From contig NC_086383.1 of the NCBI RefSeq assembly GCF_036588685.1, positions 12,400,001 through 12,464,000 on the forward strand: 64,000 nucleotides of DNA, in the 5' to 3' direction. Shown piece by piece: positions 12,301 through 23,030 of this stretch (positions are counted from its first letter, which is position 1; the number at the start of each line of letters is the position of its first letter). The DNA comes from Mytilus trossulus (lineage: Eukaryota). The translations under genes and the position numbers were made by a program. Below the pieces are notes generated by a model. It saw only the letters and a program-made list of their open reading frames with translations, was not told the DNA's origin and did not search any database.

Positions 12301-15300
12301 AACTTGGAAATTTTGCCAGTATACATTAACATTATTAGCGGCTGCCTTCAATTATAAGGTAAATTCTAAACTAGGGAAGGGATAGTACAGAATTTTAGTA
12401 TATGTTTAAACTTTTAGAAGTTGGAGGCAGATAAACGGGAATTTTCAACACAGTTGTATATATCTTGTGCAAGAAAATTGGTACCGTTATTTTATTACTA
12501 CCACTGGGTTGATGCCTCTGCTGGGGGACTATTAGTCCCCGAGGGTATCACCAGCCCAGTAGCCAGGACTTCGGTACTGGCATGAAAATACGGATTTTTT
12601 GTGTTATTAAAATTTGCTGTTACAAAATATAAGAAATCATTATAAATTAAGGAATGTATCTCCCTCATGCAAAGCTCTGACTCCTTTCACGGATTTGGCC
12701 ATACTTTTTGGACCTTTTGGATTATACCTCTTCATCTTTTATATAAGCTTTGGATTTCAAATATTTTGGCTACGAGCACAACTGAAGAGACATGTATTGT
12801 CGAAATACGCACCTGGTGCAAGAAATATTTTTTATGATCATGAGAAAATCTGTACCGACATTTTTCCAAGTTTGCAGTAACAGAAATGACGCGTGAATAT
12901 AAGAAGTAAATTTTAACATCCTCATCTATTTTCTCATCTAACGTTCTTCTCATGTTTAATTTAATTATTCTAAAAGTGTTGTTCATGTTACGTATATTAA
13001 TATATCAATATTTGCGTCCGACGATCGTAGTATGCAAACAAGAATGAGACTATTATATTTTAAATAGTAGACTATATTTATTTTAATAAAAACAAAATTC
13101 ATTGGGTAAAGTAGCCATACTCTTTTATTTATTTCTAGAATGTAATTCTGTCACAACTCCTAGTAAAGATGGGACAGTTTTAGCAGAAAAAGGAGTTCCT
13201 TTGGTTAATTGCATTGTCTATAGTAAATGAAATGCATCATATAAAGAAACCCACCATGACATTGATTTCCACTGTATCCAGTTGGACAGGAACAAACAAA
13301 ACTACTACCAGCCGGTGCACATTCACCCCCATTCGAACAAGGCGAACTTTTGCATGGTGTGACTACGAAAATAAAAGACAACATTTAGAGTACAATCATA
13401 GTATCAGTATCCTATAATATATCTTTTCTTGTGGTTTTTGTTTTCTACAAATGAATACCTTCTTTTTCGGCAAAACAATATCATGACTTAGAATACCGGC
13501 ATTTGATTTTTTTGGGGGGATATCTATACAGGTTATGTTTTTTTTTATATAAAACGAGGATGTTTCTGTTGAGTTTTTGAAATCGAATTGCATAAAACAT
13601 ACCCTTCCTTTGAACCATGTACTTTATTTTCGAAAGACTGTTTTATTTTGTGTCAAAAGCACCCCATTTCTTATTAGAATGAATATTCCGTGTGTACTCA
13701 ATTTGCTTCAACGAATACTTTATGCCGGTCAACTATATTTTGCTTTAAATCCTTGATAAAATGTTGAACATGCATAAAAAATGTGTTTCGCAAACTTCTA
13801 GCTCATTGTTGATTTTGATTCTATTGGGTTTTTTTCCGAACCAAGTATCAAAAATGTTGGACATATTGTAAAAAATAAACCAAATCATAAGTTTGTCTAA
13901 GGTTTAGTATGTTGGTACTGTTTGTAACCCTGAACTTTGCCCAATTGATTCCAATATCCCATAGTGTGTTTCTTTTTCTATTGGGAATAATCTATTCAAA
14001 TTCAATAAAATTTTCCTAATGCTTTAAAACATGTATCCAGAAAGCAAAATGTTTGCACCCAGACACCCAGACACCAAACATTCATACTGTAAACATAGTT
14101 GGAATTCGTTGCTTATCGCCTAACAAATGTTACAACCTTCACATCTGGATCCATTGTATCCATCACTGCAAGCACAGATAGGTAATTTCCCAAGTTCAGT
14201 GCAAGTTCCATTGTAGAAGCAAGGTTCTTCAGAACACGGCGTTTCTAAAAGAAAACATATATGTTATCACGAGACAATCTAATGATTTTATTAAGCTAAA
14301 TCCTTCTCTTTAGGTGTTTCTCAGACCCTTGCATAATCGGAAGATGGAAATTCTGTTTTTAATCATTTTTTTACAAAATTTTGGTCTCATATCAACAGGT
14401 ATAGATTCAGTGTTAAGACTTCAGTTTTTATGGACAACATACAAAAAACAATACATAGAATAAAGCAAACAATAAATTCACATAGTTAAATATGTGGCTG
14501 CTGTTTTTCCAACTCTTGATCAAGTCAATAACAAAATTGCTAAATAACGAAAAGAATGCAACACTAACAGAATAAAGAAGAACAATCAATGAACAACAAA
14601 AAGACAAATAAATAAGAATCATGAATCCCGAAAAAAACAGAAGCTACGTGTGAGGGAATAAATTACATGTTTCTTGTAAGATACTCGCCGTGAAAACAGT
14701 TTGATATGAAAACAAGCTTTTGGTTTTGAAATTTCCAACATTTGACTGACAAAAAACTCAGCAAATATTTAAGAGACAATTTTTCATTACAAAATTTGTT
14801 TATTTCTCTCATAGTTGTTACTAATATTGTACAAAATTCAATTAAAAAGATCAAATTGTGTTGTCCCAAGAACACTTTTAAAATGTTTAAATCCTTGAAA
14901 AAGCTCCAAATTATCTCCCTTTAGTGAAAAAAACGTCATGTTTTGGGCACTAAACTGAAATATCTATTTTAAGTCATCGGTGACCTTTATTTTTGATTTT
15001 AAAAAAAGCTGTGCTCAAATTAAACTTTTGTAAAATTCAAGCGATATCTGTAATTGAGTTCTTTTTTTTTTCGATATTACATTTTTTCTTTTATTAGTTC
15101 AACAGAAAAAAAGAACCGAAACAAAAATGCATAATTCTTTTGAAGGCAAAATATGAACTTAAATTACGGTGACCCCATATTTTAAAAAAAATTTTTTTTT
15201 AGAATCAGACATGTCAGATAAAGTTTATTTATAAAAAAATCCTATATTTGAACAAACAAAAAAGATTTATACCCGCGATCCCACTTTAAGCAACAGGATA

Positions 15301-16988
15301 CACTAGACCTGACAAAGAAATGATTGTAAAGAAAACTACATTTTTTCTTCCTGCTTCTTTTTTTGTTTTTTGCTGGGGAAGTCCTATATTTCGTAAAGAT
15401 TCTTGATGTAACACGATGTATATTTGTTCTGCAGAGCCAATGTAACAATGCAGCTTTTACTATATTGTTACACTGGCTACAACAATAACCATTTACGTGA
15501 CAATGATAATTTTAAGTGTTCATTGAAAACGATATGATTTAAACGGTAGAGATGTTGTCGTAAACAAGTATTTCATTCAAGGTTAGAACATGATTTGGCC
15601 ATCATATACACGTTTCATTCTCTTCTTCCAATCTCATTTTTTTTACTCAAATAGAGAATAACAGAATAAACCTAGCTGCAATGCATCCTTAAATAAAGTC
15701 AATCTTTAGCTGCTATACTGGGGAATACATCTCTCCAAGCAATCTTTTTATTTAAAGGCAACAGTAGTATACTCTGTTCAAACTCATAAATCCATGGACA
15801 AAAAAAAAATCGGGGTAACAAACTAATACCGAGGGAAACGCATTAAATATAAGAGGAGAACAACGACATAACACCGAAACCCAACACACACAGAAACGGA
15901 CCAAGCATCAGACAAAATCCCACGAGAATAACAAATATAACATCTTAACATCTTTATCAACGATGGTCTTGTGTCAGTTTACTTACCTCATAATTGGTAG
16001 GTGTGTGTTCGACATAAGCCGAGGTCGTGATAACCAAATGTAAGAAAAGTGGAGGACTGCTTTTATCCCAAGTATGTGTCATTTAAGATTTATAAACAAA
16101 GAATGGTAAGATTGGAATATTGTATCCGAGAGACACACTTTCCTGTCGCTATTACATGGTGAACGATAACATCAAAGAGTAAAAGGGTAAATACAAAAAA
16201 GTGAGTCATTATAGATTATACAATCTAGTGAATTAATTTTAAGTAGACGTGTAGATTTTGTTTGTATCTAAAATTTTATTGAAGACTGTCTTTCTAGTTT
16301 TAGTTACGGTACGGTACGGTACAGAAATTTAGGCAAATAACTTTATTTCAAGTGCAAACTCTTATACTTTCATCTAGAAACTGTTGAAATCTTAATTCTA
16401 TTCTTTAAAACAGAGGATGAAATAGGTATGCATGTCATATATGAGCGGTAAACAAATATGTTATCAAAATTGATAAATACCATTGTTTTTCAGCAGCAGA
16501 AACATAGTTGTTCCAGCTATAACACCAACCAAAAGAAATCCAAATATGAAACAAGCCAAATGTTTTCCTCGCCGACTTTTGACAGTTATTTGGTTATAAC
16601 AAATGTTGTTCAAATGTGGTAAAGAGCAAGTAGTAGGAATCACTGCTAAATCATCTATACTCTCGTATATGTCAGAGTTACAAGAAGTTCGGGTTTGTAT
16701 TTCGCTATAATATACATCTTGTTTAACCTCTGCTGTGTTATTATCCAAAATAGTAATTTTTTCAGAAGTTTGAATGTGCTCCTTTGTACCATCTCTTTTT
16801 TCAATTGCTCTACTGGTCGTGTTTTTAACAATAATATCTGATTGTTGATTGTTTTCTAAGGTATCATAACTGCTCCTCGATATTATTAAGTCCGCTGGCA
16901 ATAAAGGTTCATATGTTTTGTTCTCATGAAAAGTTTGTTGTCGTGAACAAGTATTTCCATCAAAGTTCGAACATGATTTGGCCATCAT
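264..16988 (-). CDS. Type II membrane receptor, copy 1 (Tyr-motif tail, TM, >=15 EGF repeats; 3' end beyond left edge, C-type lectin presumed)
   Basis: Exon 1 16988-16481 ends at a phase-1 GT donor. It is followed by 108-nt AG..GT phase 1-1 EGF exons at 14137-14244, 13255-13362, 11087-11194, 10423-10530, 9815-9922, 6840-6947, 5963-6070, 5353-5460, 4474-4581, 3863-3970, 2984-3091, 2374-2481, 1495-1602, 885-992 and 264-371. Exon 1 and first EGF are clearly paralogous to copy 2. Confidence 0.85.
885..6947 (-). repeat. ~1.49-kb tandem array (about 4 units), each with two EGF exons (types A and B) and a Penelope-like 3' tail fragment
   Basis: Type A exons start at 885, 2374, 3863, 5353 and 6840 (periods 1489, 1489, 1490, 1487). 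Type B exons start at 1495, 2984, 4474 and 5963. The introns are nearly identical too. Confidence 0.92.
6840..6947 (-). CDS. EGF exon
   Basis: 108 nt, ag/gt boundaries, 6 Cys. Confidence 0.8.
7214..9586. mobile_element. ~2.4-kb unclassified insertion in an EGF intron
   Basis: The usual ~0.5-kb intron breaks after ...gtttaattgaa and resumes at tttaaaagtgttgtaaat near 9587. Contains an (AAG)n tract at 7912-7943; no convincing ORF. Confidence 0.45.
9815..9922 (-). CDS. EGF exon
   Basis: [35 protein letters not shown], ag/gt boundaries. Confidence 0.8.
10423..10530 (-). CDS. EGF exon
   Basis: 108 nt, ag/gt; 608-bp tandem duplicate of the 9815 exon. Confidence 0.8.
11087..11194 (-). CDS. EGF exon
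   Basis: [35 protein letters not shown], ag/gt boundaries. Confidence 0.8.
11724..11830 (-). pseudogene. Dead EGF exon (pseudo-exon)
   Basis: Homologous to the 1495-type exon, but the acceptor is changed AG->TG, the first Cys codon is TGA instead of TGC, and a 1-nt deletion leaves 107 nt. Confidence 0.8.
12467..12826 (+). mobile_element. Non-LTR retrozyme monomer, subfamily B (~349 nt), with degenerate type I hammerhead at 12776-12819
   Basis: Terminal redundancy gtgcaagaaa at 12467 and 12816. Ribozyme reads CTGAAGA-GACA tgtat TGTC-GAAA; stem III and the cleavage triplet are mutated. Confidence 0.75.
13255..13362 (-). CDS. EGF exon
   Basis: 108 nt, ag/gt boundaries, 6-Cys EGF. Confidence 0.8.
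14137..14244 (-). CDS. Copy 1 first EGF exon ([36 protein letters not shown])
   Basis: 108 nt, ttttag/gt boundaries, 6 Cys; counterpart of 40565-40672. Confidence 0.85.
15530..15640 (-). pseudogene. Fragmentary duplicate of the 5' part of receptor exon 1, inside intron 1
   Basis: gaacatgatttggccatcatatacacg...tcttccaatctca matches 16968-17016. Confidence 0.65.
16481..16988 (-). CDS. Copy 1 exon 1: cytoplasmic tail (YEPL, YDTL, YSEI, YESI) plus signal-anchor TM
   Basis: ATG at 16988 with an in-frame stop upstream; the track's start at 16994 is GTG. Basic RRGKH precedes hydrophobic [23 protein letters not shown]. Donor G|gtattt is phase 1. Confidence 0.85.
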
Positions 16989-17665
16989 ATGCACGTTTTA
17001 TTCTCTTCCAATCTCAAATATATTTTTTTAATCAAATAACATGTAAACTGACACTCAGGATTTAACATGTAGTTAAGTAGTTTTGTCTTAAATGGGAAAT
17101 TTATAGAAATTACATTGTTCAATACAAATATAACAACAACATTTTCTTATTGTTACATAATGAAAATCTATAGTGTAACAATATCACACATGTATGTCTT
17201 AGACGCAGTAAGTTATATACAATTCTTTTACACGCACATGTATTAGGTATGTTACACCCATATTAACATAAAATATCAAAACATCAACGTCAGATAAAGC
17301 CGTTTTCACAATGATCTAAACTCGGTGAGGTGAAAGTGTACTTAACCCCTAAAACATAACTCTAATACATTTCTATTGTAAAAAATAAATGTTAACATTT
17401 CATTCAAATCATTTTTTGACTACATGTAGTTGATGAAGTCATTTTACCGGCATACAAGTAGATAGTATGACGTTGGGTTTTATTATAAATATTCAATGAC
17501 GTTTCATATATTGAATTAAGGTTATCATAATCATATTGTTATCGATACAATTATTTAGTTTTATATTAAGTTGAAAATGAAAATGGGGAATATGTCAAAG
17601 AGACAACAACCCGATAAATATATATGACAAAACCTGAAACATTGCCCATTTAAAATCATGATTAA

Positions 17666-18257
17666 AGTGGCTCGGGTGTGTTCCTCCGTCTTGGATTTTG
17701 AAGAAGAAGATTACTTTGGTCTAGATATTTGATGAAATGTACAAATTTTGAGAGTTGTATTTGACTGTATGTAAAATACTTTTGATATAAATATAGAAAA
17801 CTGTGGGTTTTTTTTTATCAAAATCACGACTGTAATTTCTTCAAAAACAATTGTTTGTATTTGTTTACATGTTTTTTTTCATTTTTGCCAAATAAGGGAT
17901 AACTCAGATATATTATTTTTTATAATAAAAAGTGTAATGAATTATCCGATTTTGATATGTAGCAAGAAAAAAGTTGGGTGACCCCATTTTTTCTTGTTCT
18001 TATATGAAAGCAGGTTACCAGATCAACCACATTTTATCTTAAAGTTCTGATAATACGTTTTCTTTTTATCACACAAATTTTGATTTTGCATGCATAATCT
18101 ATACAAAATCGAACAATTTTGCACAACCTGCAGCGTGATAAAAAGGTCGGTGACCCCTACTTTTAATATGTTTTCAAAAAGAACATAATAAAAACTTCAT
18201 TTTGACAACTTATCAATCTTTTGTTTTATCAATTTCAATAAGGTCGCCCTAGCCACA
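17666..18257. mobile_element. Kolobok-like non-autonomous DNA transposon
   Basis: TTAA on both flanks; imperfect TIR AGTGGCTCGGGTG / CGCCCTAGCCACA; internal ggtgacccc motifs shared with a relic at ~14960-15288. Confidence 0.5.
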
Positions 18258-18261
18258 TTAA

Positions 18262-18436
18262 GCTGGTACCTAAGACTACAGGGAGATAACGGTGTCAAAT
18301 CAGCTAAATTCTTATAAAACGTTGGTTTTTTTTGGAAAACCTTATATTTTTGTGAAGGGCTTAAGTAAATACTTTGCCAATATTTTATGAAAATTTAACG
18401 AGGCAATTAATTTTGGCGAAGGTGTTGGGTACGACC
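18262..18436. mobile_element. Kolobok-like MITE
   Basis: TTAA|GCTGGTACCTAAGAC ... GTGTTGGGTACGACC|TTAA. Confidence 0.55.
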
Positions 18437-19102
18437 TTAAACATAAGTTTACCATTTGAAATTCAGAAGGAAGGGTATTTGTTTGCGATGGAATACTAAT
18501 TTATCAAAAACAGAAATATTTTGTGTTGTAAACAACTATTTTGTGCTGTGTCCTGGACATGGTTATATTATTTTTATAATTATCACCCGTCTAGATATTT
18601 GACATCAATAATTATCAAATTTTATTTTGTTTATTGTTTTACTAGGCATTTTTCATATCGCACATGCATTTTGACTTTTTAAATCAACGCAGTTGCAAAC
18701 ATAAGTTTACAAAAGTTTTGTTAGCTCAATGATTGTTCGAGCAAATCATGGATGGAAATTACCAGACCAATCACACTCAAGTAACTGTATGTAGGTTAAT
18801 AATATAAAAATCATATTGTAATAACCCGAATACAAGATTTGCAAAATTTATAAGCATTGGTGCAATATTAAAATGTAATGCAATCATATTGCTAAAAAAC
18901 ACCTAACAGGATAATGTCATCAAGATAGTGAAAAGGCTGATTATTGTTATATAATCTGAAAATAGTTACTAAATAAATGTACATATAAATCATTTAAAAA
19001 GTAAATTTTCTAATATATGTATGTTCATTATTCATATGAGTTATGTACATATGAATTATTTAAAAGTAAATTTTCTCACATATTCATGTTTTTAATTGAT
19101 AT

Positions 19103-19360
19103 AAGTAATAAAATTAACGGTACCAATTTTCTTGCACCAGATGCGCATTTTGACAATACATGTCAGTGATCTTCAGTGATGCTCGTGGCCAAAATATTTG
19201 AAATCAAAAGCTTATATAAAAGATGAAGAGCTTTAATCCAAAAGGTCCAAAAAGTATAGCAGTAACAGCAAATTTTAATAACACAAAAAATCCGCATTTT
19301 CATGCCAGTACCGAAGTACTGGCTACTGGGCTGGTGATACCCTCGGAGACTAATAGTCCA
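19103..19360 (-). mobile_element. Retrozyme subfamily B fragment with degenerate hammerhead (19134-19182)
   Basis: Reverse complement of the 12467 element. Minus strand reads GCATCA-CTGAAGA...GACA tgtat TGTC-aAAA-TGCGCATC-TGGTGC. Confidence 0.7.
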
Positions 19361-19817
19361 TTCTAATATAGTCCATTCATACACTCGGGGACTAATAATG
19401 TACATTAAAAAAATGATTTGTTTTCGGAATTTATGTTCACAGTTTGACCAATCTGGACGGGGTGATTTTTAGGAGAACTTTCGAGAAAGGATTTTACCAT
19501 CAATATTTGTCTAATGTGTCCTCGTGTAAACTTGTCTCAGATATGCTAGCATATTGCTTTCTCACATTTATACACTTGTATAATAAGACTCTCGAACAAT
19601 TAAACGTATTTAAAGTATCAAATTATGTTTATTTATCAATGTATCTGAAATGTATGGTATTTGTGTTTCATCACTGAATTCTCTTTAAAATTATGTTCAA
19701 TATTTTATATTAACCATTATTACATAGTATTATCCAGTAAAATCTGGTAAAACTCGAGTTCTCCCAGTACTCAATTCTGTGCTGGGCAATACTCATAAAA
19801 CTCATAAAACCTCTATC

Positions 19818-20180
19818 AAAACTCTCATATATGTCAGAGTAACAAGAAGTCCATATTTTCATTCCGATATAATAATAATCTTGTTCCAATTTCGTTTCGT
19901 TTGGTTATTGTCCAAACTAGTAAATCTTTCAAAAGTTTGATTATGTTCCTTTGAACAATGCCTTTGTTCTATTCTTCCCCTGGTCGTGTTTTAAAAGTAT
20001 TGTAAGATTTTTTAACGGTTTGCAAGATATCATAATTGTTTTTCGATTTTACCAAGTCCTCTGGTAGTACAAGTTCATACCTTTGGTTTTCATAGAAAAT
20101 TGGTTTTGGTGAGCAAGTCTTTCCATCAAGATGAACAAGTTTTGTCCATCAAGGTTAGAACATGATTTGGCAATCATATA
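19818..20180 (-). pseudogene. Third, truncated and frameshifted copy of receptor exon 1
   Basis: MIAKSCSNLDG start and YDIL/IYES motifs are recognisable; an internal duplication shifts the frame; no TM segment follows. Confidence 0.75.
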
Positions 20181-20902
20181 CACTTTTTTCTATACAAATT
20201 TCAAATCCATATTTGTTCTATCAATAAACGGTTGATACGTCAAACTACATTTCCACAAACAGACATTATAAAATCGACGTGCAGCGGTTTTCCTTCAGAG
20301 AGGAAATTTCATTTTCCATGATTTACTGTATAATACAAATATAATACTAAAATTTCCTTATTGTTACACAATGAAAATCTGAAGTGTCTCAATATCTATA
20401 TAAAATATATAGATGAAAGGATAACAGAGCAGATTGTCAAATAAAGGCAACTGAAGTATACCGCTGTTCAAAACTCGTAAATCTGTGGACAAAAAAACAA
20501 AATTGGGGTAATAAACTATAACTGAGGGAAACGCATTAAATTTAAGAAGAGAACAACGACACATCATTAAAATGTAACACATACAGAAACGAACTAAGCA
20601 TTAGACAAAATCAAATGAGCATAACAAATATACCATCAAAACCAAATACATGAATTTGGGATAGAAAAGTACCGTGACACGTCTTTTAGTAATATGAATT
20701 CACACTCAAATATCAGAAGACGAAAAAACGACACAACGGAAATACAACGTTAAAATGTTACACACACAGCAACGAACTACGATATAACAATGGCCATTTT
20801 CCATTTCAAACCGAGAAAATATTGTCAGCTGAGGCGAGCCAAGGTTGACAAAGGTTTTTGATGTGTACCAATCTCCATCATCCTCTGGGCTATTTCTCAT
20901 TC

Positions 20903-21377
20903 AAATAAACTCGCCATAGATACCAGGACTAAATTTAGTATATACGCCATATCAATGACAATTCATGTCAGCACAACAAGTGCTGACTACTGGTCTTGTG
21001 ATACCCTCGGGGAAATAAATCTCCACCAGCATTGGCATCGACCCAGTGGTTGTAAATAAACTCATCATAGATACCAGGACTAAATTTAGTATATACGCCA
21101 GACGCGCGTTTCGTCTACAAAAGACTCATCAGTGACGCTCGAATCCAAAAAAAGGGTAAAAAAGCAAAATAAAGTACGAAGATGAAGAGCATTGAGGACC
21201 AAAATTCCTAAAAGTTTTGCCAAATGCAGCTAAGGTTATCTATGCCTGAGGTGAAAAAAGCCTTAGTAATTCAAAAAATTCCAAATTTTGTAAACAGTAA
21301 ATTTATAAATATAACCATATAAATGACAATTCATGTCAGCACAAAAAGTGCTGACTACTGGGCTTGTGATACCCTCA
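20903..21377 (-). mobile_element. Retrozyme subfamily C partial multimer (~368-nt period)
   Basis: atgacaattcatgtcagcac repeats at 20955 and 21323; shares conserved blocks with subfamily A. Confidence 0.75.
21095..21138 (-). ncRNA. Minimal type I hammerhead ribozyme (intact core)
   Basis: Minus strand: GCGTCA-CTGATGA-GTCT tttgt AGAC-GAAA-CGCGCGTC^TGGCGT. Confidence 0.85.
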
Positions 21378-21562
21378 ATTTGGTACAATAAATAATCTAA
21401 TATTATAGGTTTTTTTTCTGTTAAACTAATTTTAAATTGAAAGTGATTATACATAACGTCACGTAGGTAACAACGTTACAATTACTAAAAACACAAACAA
21501 TAATGCAATAAATATATATGTTTATTTTAACAGTTTGAAACAGTTTAGTGATATGTAAATGT

Positions 21563-23030
21563 CTTTTTTATTTATTTTTTTATTATTTATAACTTCCAAT
21601 TTACAACATAATATACACAAATATAATAGCAATATATAATATATAAATCTAAAGATATTATCTAATCAATACAACTGTCTATAAGGATTTTTTTTTTTTT
21701 TTTTTTTTAATACAAATATAAGATAAAGAGTAAAGCAGTTTGAACACCGGAGAGAAAGAGAGAGATAGAAAGAGAGTGAGAGTGAGAGAGAATAGTGTGA
21801 TGAGTTTTCAATATAATTCATCTAGAAATTAAATTCTATTTTAGTATAGTTAATACAGCATTTTCATTTATAACATGTATAATATTAAATGTAAAGTATA
21901 TACATTTTTGTACTTAACTAAGTAATATATAAAAAACATTCCATTCTCTGAGAAACTGATGTTGACATTTGTTTTACATAGCAATATTTTTGTCCATTGC
22001 ATACACATATTTTAAAACATCTAGAATTATAAATATATTGCTTTATGGTAAGAAAAGGAGTATTTTCTGCAGTGCCTTTTGATATTTTTGCAGTGTTACC
22101 AAACAAAAATCTTCTGTTGTAAAAAATACACTAATTCTATTGGTCAGAAACCAGTTTTCAATCTGTTCTAATAATAATTGTGTATGTTCACACTCCCAAA
22201 ATAAATGTTCTAATGTTTCAATTTCTCTATTACAAAAAGTACAATTTGGATTATCTTAAATCTTAATTTTATGAAGGAATTTGTTTGTAGCTAAGATTCG
22301 ATGATTGAATCTATACTGTAGCCATGTAACTTAGTATTATTTGTGACAACAAATGGCAGTTTATAAATTTTTTTCCAATGATTTTAATCAAAGCCAAAAA
22401 TTTCAGTCCATTTTAACTGACTAGTGGGAACACTTCCATTTTTATTTAAAACAATATACATATCTTTAGATTCTTTTGAACTTTTAACTAGCCTTTTAAT
22501 AGCAGATGGAATTAAAGGTAGTGCTAATTTGTGATTTTTTTCTCACAAATGATTTTGATGCTTGATGTATAGCAGATACAATACTATTATATCTCATGAA
22601 ATTCACATTTATCTGATATATTTCTTCTATTTTTTTATGAGAGAAAAAGGTCCCATCTTCATTTACAATATCATTTATAAATCTTATACCGTTTTCAAAC
22701 CAATCTTTATAAAAAATAGGTTTATTTGCTACCTTTATATTATTGTTAAGCCAGATTGGACTGGCAAGAAAGTATTCCCAACTGCCATATTCTTCTTTTT
22801 CTCTAAGTAGTTGCCATGCTTTCAGAACATCTTGCCAAAATTTAATTTGTGATATATTGTTTTAATTTTTGGATATAAACACTTCCACAAGCATAAAATT
22901 TTTCAAGTTCTACATGAACATTTGACAAAAAAACATTCTGCCATTTGTTGTCTGTTTTAAATAATCTCCTTATCCATGTACACTTCATGTAAATGTCTTT
23001 TAATTAACAAAGTTTTTACAAAAGTTTAAG
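21563..23030 (-). mobile_element. 5'-truncated, degenerate L1/Tx1-type LINE (ORF2 C-terminus, 3' UTR, A-rich tail)
   Basis: Minus strand encodes fragments TWIRRLFKTDNKWQ and QYRFNHRILATNKFLHKIKI*DNPNCTFCNREIETLEHLFWEC (C-terminal zinc motif), with stops and frameshifts; A-rich end near 21563. Confidence 0.7.

Noticed and set aside
264-14244. Regularly spaced repeats as a CRISPR-like array
   Set aside because: The repeats are 108-nt coding exons with homologous introns in eukaryotic DNA; no cas genes.
15987-16056. Strong GTAAGT donor in copy 1 intron 1 suggesting an extra exon
   Set aside because: No good acceptor giving a frame-preserving exon, and no counterpart seen in copy 2.
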